The position numbers were made by a program, and so were the translations under genes. 64,000 nt of DNA from an uncultured Candidatus Saccharibacteria bacterium (GTDB lineage Bacteria; Patescibacteriota; Dojkabacteria; JAOAGR01). Positions 56,870 to 64,000 of this stretch are shown piece after piece. The notes beneath the pieces were generated by a model. That model saw only the letters and a list, made by a program, of their open reading frames with translations. It made no database searches and had not been told where the DNA came from. How positions within the stretch are numbered: the stretch's first letter is position 1; each line of letters opens with the position of its first letter. The DNA lies in assembly GCA_964503755.1 (NCBI GenBank), contig CAZDBO010000001.1:92285-156284 (forward strand). Direction: 5' to 3'.

Positions 56870-59692
56870 ATGAAAAATTTCATCTTAATCAAGCAATTAA
56901 AAAGTCAATTAGTCAATTCTGATGTTTTGTTGTATCAACATAAAAAAACAGGAGCTTATCTCATTTGTTTAAAAAATGACGAAAAGGAATGTACTTTTCA
57001 CATAGGATTCCAGACTCCACCATATTCAAATAACGGTGTTGCACATGTCTTAGAACATATGGTGCTTGCAGGGAGTAAAAAATATCCAGATGATAAAATA
57101 TTTGAAAAGGTTTCAAACAAAACTTTAGCGACATCTTTAAATGCTTATACCTCTTCTAATCACACAGTTTATCATTTTGCCACAGCGAACACAAAGGATT
57201 ATGAAAATTTACTTGATTTTTATTTATCTTCGGTATTTGAGCCAACACTTACATATGATGTTTTTTTACGTGAAGGTGTAAATCTAAATATTAACGAAAA
57301 TTCAGAAATTGGAGGCATAGTTTTTAATGAGATGAATGGTGCTTATTTAAATCCTGATGTTTATGTGTATAATCATACTAAGACATATTTACTAAAAGGT
57401 ACACCTTTAGGTTTTCATTCAGGTGGATATCCGTTAGACATTTTGGATCTCGACTATAATGAAGTCATTCGTTTCTATAAAAAATATTATCATCCATCAA
57501 ATTCATTAACGATTATCAGTGGAGATTTAGACATCAAAAAAGTCTTGAAAGAGTTAGATGAGTATTTTGCCAGGTTTCAATATTGCAAATATGATGATCT
57601 AGTTTCTGAAAATATAAAAATCAACAATTTGTCAAAAGAAAAAACTCTTACCTTCGAAACGCCTAGTCAATCGGAAGAGGGTGAGGCAAAGATTGTTTAT
57701 AACTATGTTAATTATGACCTTACTATAGAGGAAAAAACTTTGCAAAATATGCTGTTTTCCTATCTATCGAACTATCCTGCAAGTCCACTAGTCACACAAA
57801 TATTAGATACACGATTAGCAGCTAATGTCGATCAAAATTTTATAACTTATCGAAACATTAAGACATACTCATGGATTTTAAGTAGAGTAACAGAAGAGTC
57901 ATTTCCTCATATAGATCAGAAATTTTTTTCTATAATAAAGTATTTACAAAGTATACAATACAACGAGATCAAACCGTTTTTGGAAAATCAGGAATTTCAA
58001 TTAAAAATACAAAATAATGCTTCATCTTATGCTGATGTTATTTTAAATAATTATTTTTTGAGAAATCTTGAATTAGACCAATGCATTGATCTGGATCTAA
58101 ATCTGACTATTTTTGAAAAAGTTTGTATAGCTATAGAAAATAAAAATGATCTTTTTGAGGTATGTAAGAAAAAATTTTTCTCAATGAATAATTTTCATTC
58201 TAAATTTGTTTATTTACCAAATAAAGAATTTGCACAACAATTGAATATAAAAATAAATCAAAAATTGGCTAATTATTCTAAATCAATTCAGAATTTTAAA
58301 AAACTAGAAGATAAATCATTAAATGGAATAGAGTATCCTTTGATATCAAGAAAATATTTAAGGTCAAATGTAAATGATATCATTGATCTTCGGGAGAAAG
58401 TTAATAGTTATAAATATATTTTTACCGGTCTTCCTGTTGTTGATATTATAGAAATAAGAATATTTTTTGATACACGTGATTTAACTATAGATGAATTAAG
58501 AACATTATCATTTTTGTATGATACACTGATAAAAAGTCCAACACAAAAATATTCTGCGGATAAAGTCAGTGAGCTATTATACCAATATCTTGGCTACTTT
58601 AATATATACGAAGTTTTAAGCAATAGTTATAAAACAGGTGATGATATTGTTGGCCAGATCTTATATTTTACTTGTTTAGAGAAAAATCTAGATGTTGCTT
58701 TGGATATACTGACAGAGATCTTATTAAACAGCAATTTCGATTATGAAAAGTTTAAATCGGCTATCAACTCAAGCTTAGATTCGTTTGAGCAAGATATTGT
58801 TTATTATGGTACCAAATATATGATTTTCGAATCCACTGCTTTAATCTCATATTCTTTAGATCTCCGCAATAATTTACAGGGAATACCTATGCTTATGTAT
58901 TTACGTGAGTTGTATAAATCTGAGGAAAAAATCAAGACCTTCTTTGATACACTAAAGTCAGCTTATAGAAAACTTTTTAGTAAAGATCGTATTAAATTGA
59001 TTGGTATTGGTGCGAAATCAAATTATGAAATTATAAAGAAAAAAGTTGAGAGCTTCACTTCAAGATTGAGAAATGCAAATAACTTTTATTCAATAGATAA
59101 ACCAGATTGTGGAATAGAGAATGTTGTTTATGTAACAAACACTTCAGTATCATATACAAGTGTTTTGTATGGAATAAAATCACAGAATAAAGGTGAACTT
59201 TTTTTGATATCTAATTTTTTAAACACAGACTATGCAGCACAAAAAATCAGATTAGAAAACAATGCATATGGTGGTTATTGCTATGTAATTTTCTTCCCAC
59301 CTGATAATGTGTATGTAATATCTGCCAGTTATAGAGATCCCGATCCTCTTAAAACACTTCAAATATTCGAAGATTTACCAAATTTTTTACAAGAATTTAG
59401 GTTTAAACGAAAAACAATAGATAATTATCTTTTATCATCTATTATTGAGGTAGATCCATATATTAGTCTACGTTACAGACCATATATAGGATTCATGAAT
59501 GAACTAAAAGAGTTATATTGTAATGATATTAACAGAATAAAAAACGAAATATTAGAAGCAAGCGCAAGTTCGGTAAATGAACAAATAAAAATATTATCTA
59601 ATATTCAAATGCGTAAATTTAGCATTTTGACAAACCAATCAGTTGTAGATGTATTAAAAGATAAGAATAACACAAAATTAGTGAAAATATGA
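56870..59692 (+). CDS. M16 family zinc metallopeptidase (pitrilysin/PreP-like, M16C)
   Basis: 940 aa. Inverted zinc motif HVLEHMV near the N-terminus and downstream glutamate (E in VFNEMNGAY). Confidence 0.75.
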   Translation: MKNFILIKQLKSQLVNSDVLLYQHKKTGAYLICLKNDEKECTFHIGFQTPPYSNNGVAHVLEHMVLAGSKKYPDDKIFEKVSNKTLATSLNAYTSSNHTVYHFATANTKDYENLLDFYLSSVFEPTLTYDVFLREGVNLNINENSEIGGIVFNEMNGAYLNPDVYVYNHTKTYLLKGTPLGFHSGGYPLDILDLDYNEVIRFYKKYYHPSNSLTIISGDLDIKKVLKELDEYFARFQYCKYDDLVSENIKINNLSKEKTLTFETPSQSEEGEAKIVYNYVNYDLTIEEKTLQNMLFSYLSNYPASPLVTQILDTRLAANVDQNFITYRNIKTYSWILSRVTEESFPHIDQKFFSIIKYLQSIQYNEIKPFLENQEFQLKIQNNASSYADVILNNYFLRNLELDQCIDLDLNLTIFEKVCIAIENKNDLFEVCKKKFFSMNNFHSKFVYLPNKEFAQQLNIKINQKLANYSKSIQNFKKLEDKSLNGIEYPLISRKYLRSNVNDIIDLREKVNSYKYIFTGLPVVDIIEIRIFFDTRDLTIDELRTLSFLYDTLIKSPTQKYSADKVSELLYQYLGYFNIYEVLSNSYKTGDDIVGQILYFTCLEKNLDVALDILTEILLNSNFDYEKFKSAINSSLDSFEQDIVYYGTKYMIFESTALISYSLDLRNNLQGIPMLMYLRELYKSEEKIKTFFDTLKSAYRKLFSKDRIKLIGIGAKSNYEIIKKKVESFTSRLRNANNFYSIDKPDCGIENVVYVTNTSVSYTSVLYGIKSQNKGELFLISNFLNTDYAAQKIRLENNAYGGYCYVIFFPPDNVYVISASYRDPDPLKTLQIFEDLPNFLQEFRFKRKTIDNYLLSSIIEVDPYISLRYRPYIGFMNELKELYCNDINRIKNEILEASASSVNEQIKILSNIQMRKFSILTNQSVVDVLKDKNNTKLVKI

Positions 59693-60249
59693 ACCAGAAT
59701 TCTAAATCTCCTGTTATCTTGGCATTTGATTATGGTACAAAAAGGATTGGCGTAGCTGTTACTAGTGAAGATGGTAAATACATTAAACCACTGAATGTTA
59801 TAAAAAATAATTTTGACATCATTGATGTTGAGATAGAAAATTTGAAAAAAAAATCCGATGAATCTACGCATAAACAAATAAAATTATTAAAAAAACAAAA
59901 AGAAAAGAAATTATTTATATTTTTGAATAAAGTTTTTGACTTGGTAAGTAGATATTACCCACAGATTATATTGATTGGCATGCCCTCAACAGCTGATAAA
60001 GTATATAAGAAAAAAATTCTTAAATTTGCAAATCAGATAGAAAAGTTTTTGAATAAGAAAAAAGTTTTAATCGAGATAAAAATAATAAATGAGGATCTAA
60101 CATCGTATGATGGTCTAAAAGAATTAAATATGCTTGGGTTTACAAAGAAAAACATTGATGCAGTAATTGATAGTTATTCGGCAATGCAAATAATCAGGAC
60201 TTATAATGAAAGATACAGTTATGGTACAAGTAAAGAAACAGATAAATAA
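59689..60249 (+). CDS. ruvX: YqgF/RuvX Holliday-junction resolvase-like putative pre-16S rRNA nuclease with Lys-rich insertion
   Basis: VILAFDYGTKRIGVAVT RNase H-like start. C-terminal DAVIDSYSAMQII. A roughly 40-aa Lys-rich insert sits mid-protein. Confidence 0.75.
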   Translation: MNQNSKSPVILAFDYGTKRIGVAVTSEDGKYIKPLNVIKNNFDIIDVEIENLKKKSDESTHKQIKLLKKQKEKKLFIFLNKVFDLVSRYYPQIILIGMPSTADKVYKKKILKFANQIEKFLNKKKVLIEIKIINEDLTSYDGLKELNMLGFTKKNIDAVIDSYSAMQIIRTYNERYSYGTSKETDK

Positions 60250-60556
60250 ATCTATTGATAATATTGATAAAGTATTTGAACTTGAGGATTATGGATTGTA
60301 CTACAGTTCCGATAAGATAACTTTTGTTTTGTTTAAATTCATCAAACTAAATTTTTATAAGGTAGAAAAATATTTGTTTATTAATAGAGGAATAGGTCTA
60401 CAAATTAATATTGATTTTTATAAGGTTACACCAAAAAAGACTAGTTTAGAAATAGAGTTGAAGGCAGTAAATTTTGTAGGAACAATATATTTGTTTTTGT
60501 TTAAAAGATACTTTTCAAAAAGAATTAGTTTATTTGCTGATAGAATACTAACGTAA
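60206..60556 (+). CDS. hypothetical small protein
   Basis: 116-aa ORF overlapping the ruvX 3' end by 44 nt. No domain recognised. Could be spurious. Confidence 0.25.
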   Translation: MKDTVMVQVKKQINKSIDNIDKVFELEDYGLYYSSDKITFVLFKFIKLNFYKVEKYLFINRGIGLQINIDFYKVTPKKTSLEIELKAVNFVGTIYLFLFKRYFSKRISLFADRILT

Positions 60557-60604
60557 CATTAGATTCGTTGATTTTATTAAAAATTTTTCATATCTTAGAT
60601 TATC

Positions 60605-62770
60605 ATGATGAGAGATCTGAAAAATTTTTTTTATCCAAGAAGTATAGCAATATACGGTATTTCTCGAGATGAAAAAGCTCTAGGAAATAGTATTTTACGT
60701 AATATTATTGAATCCGGCTATAAAGGAAAAATTTATCCTATTCACAAAAATTTGGAAAATATATATAGTCTTCCTGTTTATAAAAATATCAGAGATATAA
60801 GAGATGTAATCGACTTAGTTTTGATTTCTGTACGAGCTGATTTTGTATTAGATATCTTACAACAATGTACTTTTGCAGGAATAAACAATTTTTGCATTTA
60901 CAGTGCGGGATTCGGAGAAATGGGAAGTGAGGGAGATGAAAGAGAGAGCTTGCTTTTAGATTTTGCAAATAAACATCAGTTAAATATCATAGGCCCCAAC
61001 TGTTTAGGATTTGTCAATAATGATATAAAACTCAATGCAACATTTGCTTGGGCTAATAATAAAACAGGAAACTTAAGATTTATTACACAATCTGGTGCTA
61101 TAGCTTCTAGTTTTTTTGATTGGGCATCTTATAACAAAATTGATTTTTCTCATTTTGTTACATTAGGAAATAAAACAGTATTAAATGAAGTAGACATATT
61201 ACGTTATTTTGATTCAACAGATCGAAATGAAGCCCTCACAGATATAGAATTGGCTTCTTTTCGTCCTATTGGACTTTATCTTGAGTCAATAAATGATGGT
61301 GTGGATTTTGTTGATATCGCATCAAAGATTTCATTAAAGCATCCTATTTTTTTATTGAAGCCAGGGAGGAGTACAACAGCTCAAAAAGCTATTTCGTCTC
61401 ATACTGGTTCTATGGCCAATGATGATCGTGTTTTGGATACAGCCATTAGAGAGGCTGGAATTTTAAGGTGTGATGGGATAGAGGATCTTTTTGATTTAGC
61501 AAAGGCATTTGCCTGGGAAGATGCTCCTTTAGGACCAAATGTAGTGGTGCTTACTAATGCTGGAGGACCAGCAGTGGTACTGTCTGATGCTATTGAGCAA
61601 CATGGACTAAAACTAGTTGATATTGACGAAAAAAAGAAGCAAAGACTTCAAAGCATATTACCCCCATCAGCTAGTGTCAATAATCCTATTGATGTACTTG
61701 GTGATGCGCCAGCACTTAGGTATATAGAAGCTTTAGATATTGTTTTATCACAAAACAATGTTCATGCCGCAATACTTATTCTTACTCCTCAAATAATGAC
61801 CGAAATTTCTAAAACAGCAGAAATGATAGCAAGGATAGCTGCTATTCACAAAAAGACTGTGATCTGTTCTTTTATAGGTAGTAGTCAAATTATCCATGGA
61901 GAAGAAATTTTAAATATTCATAAGATACCAAACTTCAGATATCCAGAAAGAGCAGCAAAAGTGCTTGGTATGATGTATAGATGGAGACAATATGTTATTG
62001 ATTCTTTTCACGAAGTAAAGTCACCTATTTTATTTGCAGAAGAAATGACACCAAACAACGATGTTTTACATCTTTTCGATAATCTTAAGCTACATGCACA
62101 AATATCACAAAATAATCACAATAATATGAATCTTTCTAACTATGAAGTTAATGAGATATTTATGCTTCATAATATAAATGTGCCGGCAAGTAGGGTTGTT
62201 ACTACTTTTGAAGATTGTTTGAATTTTGTAGATTCACATGGATTTCCTGTTGTAATGAAGATTATTTCAAGAAATCTTGTACATAAATTTGATGTTGGAG
62301 GTGTTATAACAGGGATAAATACAAAAAGAAAGTTGAGAAAAATATTTGATAAAATGAGCAAGACTTTAAAAGATCTTAGTTTAGCAGAAGCCTCCATACA
62401 AATTCAGAAACAATGTAAAGCAGGAGTAGAGCTAATAGTGGGATTAAAGCGAGATCAATCTTTTGGTGATGTTATGCTTTTCGGTATGGGGGGTACTTAT
62501 GCAGAATTAATCTCTGATATAAATTTAGCATTGTTGCCTTTAGACTATCACAAAATTAAAAATCTAGTTCAAACATCAAAAACATTCAGATTATTAAATG
62601 GTTATCGTAATCGAGAAGTTTATGATTTAGAAATTCTTTATGATTTCCTTTTCAGATTTTCACAGCTATTAGAATTATATCCTCAAATACGGGAAATAGA
62701 GGTTAATCCATTAATTGTGAATACTGGTGGTATTTGGGCAGTTGATGGAAAAGCGGTATTGAGTCTTTAA
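60605..62770 (+). CDS. ADP-forming acetyl-CoA synthetase (acetate--CoA ligase, fused alpha/beta; NDP-forming acyl-CoA synthetase family)
   Basis: 721 aa. N-terminal CoA-binding domain (YPRSIAIYGISRD...GKIYPIHKN), succinyl-CoA-synthetase-like flavodoxin domain, C-terminal ATP-grasp. Confidence 0.65.
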   Translation: MMRDLKNFFYPRSIAIYGISRDEKALGNSILRNIIESGYKGKIYPIHKNLENIYSLPVYKNIRDIRDVIDLVLISVRADFVLDILQQCTFAGINNFCIYSAGFGEMGSEGDERESLLLDFANKHQLNIIGPNCLGFVNNDIKLNATFAWANNKTGNLRFITQSGAIASSFFDWASYNKIDFSHFVTLGNKTVLNEVDILRYFDSTDRNEALTDIELASFRPIGLYLESINDGVDFVDIASKISLKHPIFLLKPGRSTTAQKAISSHTGSMANDDRVLDTAIREAGILRCDGIEDLFDLAKAFAWEDAPLGPNVVVLTNAGGPAVVLSDAIEQHGLKLVDIDEKKKQRLQSILPPSASVNNPIDVLGDAPALRYIEALDIVLSQNNVHAAILILTPQIMTEISKTAEMIARIAAIHKKTVICSFIGSSQIIHGEEILNIHKIPNFRYPERAAKVLGMMYRWRQYVIDSFHEVKSPILFAEEMTPNNDVLHLFDNLKLHAQISQNNHNNMNLSNYEVNEIFMLHNINVPASRVVTTFEDCLNFVDSHGFPVVMKIISRNLVHKFDVGGVITGINTKRKLRKIFDKMSKTLKDLSLAEASIQIQKQCKAGVELIVGLKRDQSFGDVMLFGMGGTYAELISDINLALLPLDYHKIKNLVQTSKTFRLLNGYRNREVYDLEILYDFLFRFSQLLELYPQIREIEVNPLIVNTGGIWAVDGKAVLSL

Positions 62771-62778
62771 GCAATTAT

Positions 62779-63480
62779 TTGTTAGAATCCTCTAACATGA
62801 CATTATATTTTTTAGAAAATTTACAATTTATAATACTATTAATACTTTCAACATCTCTTATTTCAACTATATTTCGCAATATAATCGGAATCAAAACATT
62901 GAATATTTATATAGTATTGGTTTATACATTAATTTTTTTTGTTAATGCTTATTATGTCTTTTTTATAAATACAGATTACGATTATTGGGTAATTTTATTA
63001 AGCTTACTACATATTCTTTTGATATTTATAGTACATTACATCACTCTCATTTTTTATAAAAAAGAAGTATCTGGATTAAATATTCATTATTATGCAAAAG
63101 TTTCTATGGCAATAATTTCTTTTTTGCTAGTAGTATATAGTATCTCTATGATATTTGATTTAACGGGCGTTTACGCAAATAAATCCAAATTAGCATTAGT
63201 ATTGACTATTTTACTGCTTTCATTTAGTTTAGAACCTTTATTATCATTACTTATGCAGAAAGGATTAAAAACTTTTAAGGAAATATACAAGAATACACTT
63301 TTTGCCTCTTTAATCATATCAATAATTCTTATTTTATTTGTTCAGTATTTGCATAATATTTTAAATATTTGGTTATTTTTTGTATTCGTGTTATTAGCAG
63401 TTATTTATTTAGGAAGGTTCACTGGTCTTAGATTAACAGAGATATATAGATTTAAAGAGATTATTAAAAAAGATGATTAA
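62779..63480 (+). CDS. hypothetical integral membrane protein (about 6 TM)
   Basis: 233 aa, hydrophobic helices throughout. Confidence 0.4.
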   Translation: MLESSNMTLYFLENLQFIILLILSTSLISTIFRNIIGIKTLNIYIVLVYTLIFFVNAYYVFFINTDYDYWVILLSLLHILLIFIVHYITLIFYKKEVSGLNIHYYAKVSMAIISFLLVVYSISMIFDLTGVYANKSKLALVLTILLLSFSLEPLLSLLMQKGLKTFKEIYKNTLFASLIISIILILFVQYLHNILNIWLFFVFVLLAVIYLGRFTGLRLTEIYRFKEIIKKDD

Positions 63481-63482
63481 AT

Positions 63483-64000
63483 ATGTTTTTTTTATCAAGG
63501 CTCAAAACAATTCTTGGTATTAATGAGAGAAATCGAAAATATATTAGACCATATAATCCTATCAAATACAGAAAATATGCTGATAATAAATTACTAACAA
63601 AAAGACTATTATTACAAAATAATATTCCTACTCCCAAATTGATTTCTATCATAAAAAATTATGAACAGCTTGAAAAATTCAATTTTAATAAATTACCAGA
63701 TAGTATTGTGGTAAAGCCACAAAAAGGGTTTGGTGGTGAAGGAATATTAATATTTTTTTCAAAAGACAAAAATGGAAATTGGTTAAAAGCAGATAAAACC
63801 AGATATTCTGTAGATGATTTGAAAAAGCACATAAGAAATATTCTGGATGGTAATTTCTCTTTAAAAAATGAACCAGATATTGCGTTTTTTGAAGAGAGGG
63901 TGATGCTACATCCTGATTTAAAAAAATATGCGTCTAGGGGTATGCCTGATATACGCGTTATTGTTTTTAATCAAGTACCTATCATGGCGCAGTTGCGATT
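63483..64000 (+). CDS. ATP-grasp (RimK/alpha-L-glutamate ligase-like) protein, 5' part only (runs off window)
   Basis: Not in the track (no stop in window). Hand translation from ATG 63483 gives MFFLSRLKTILGINERNRKY...IVVKPQKGFGGEGILIF, the ATP-grasp B-domain signature. Confidence 0.55.
   Translation, partial: MFFLSRLKTILGINERNRKYIRPYNPIKYRKYADNKLLTKRLLLQNNIPTPKLISIIKNYEQLEKFNFNKLPDSIVVKPQKGFGGEGILIFFSKDKNGNWLKADKTRYSVDDLKKHIRNILDGNFSLKNEPDIAFFEERVMLHPDLKKYASRGMPDIRVIVFNQVPIMAQLR

Noticed and set aside
1-64000. Alternative genetic code (UGA or UAG/UAA reassignment) as explanation for in-frame stops in malic enzyme
   Set aside because: Conserved genes in the window terminate normally on TAA, TAG and TGA (for example infA on TGA, rplX on TAA). 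Conserved proteins show no internal stops. So the standard code applies and the malic-enzyme stops are real lesions or sequence errors.
1-64000. CRISPR arrays, IS elements, integrases, phage structural genes
   Set aside because: No direct-repeat/spacer periodicity, inverted terminal repeats or transposase/integrase-like ORFs were seen. The only repeats are short Pro-Thr codon repeats inside two cell-wall genes.

Overview
A 64-kb, low-GC (~30%) chromosomal segment from a reduced-genome bacterium with Patescibacteria/CPR-like traits. The ribosomal-protein superoperon (tuf-S10-spc-alpha) has no rpmD (L30) and no adk, and carries a type-Z S14. Almost no Shine-Dalgarno motifs appear upstream of start codons. 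The window is mostly housekeeping. It holds ilvD-ilvC plus a separate ilvB; a GtrA/GT2/GT-C lipid-linked glycosylation cassette beside tRNA-Leu; murB; and a PduO-type adenosyltransferase next to a large unknown protein. The ribosomal superoperon runs 14010-30539 and ends in tRNA-Phe and tRNA-Val. It is followed by ftsK, grpE, rel, a degenerate Fic-like/wHTH gene, and a cell-wall cluster (LysM-M23 peptidase, ComM/YifB, class-A PBP, FemX-like). Then come infC-rpmI-rplT-greA, and a long minus-strand operon from a recO-like gene to serS: recO-like, two membrane proteins, murA, ssb, asnS, an NDT-like/RHH fusion, serS. The window closes with an M16 peptidase, ruvX, an ADP-forming acyl-CoA synthetase and a partial ATP-grasp gene. 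Several things stand out. A SPOUT (TrmH/SpoU) methyltransferase is translationally coupled inside the spc operon between rplX and rplE. rpoA encodes only the alpha N-terminal domain (no alpha-CTD). An rpmJ gene with a Lys-rich tail is missing from the ORF track. A Rossmannoid NDT/SLOG-like domain fused to a C-terminal ribbon-helix-helix sits between asnS and serS. A Fic-fold protein with an ablated active-site motif is coupled to rel. A malic-enzyme gene is decayed by two in-frame stops and two 1-nt deletions. No CRISPR arrays, transposases or obvious prophage genes were seen.
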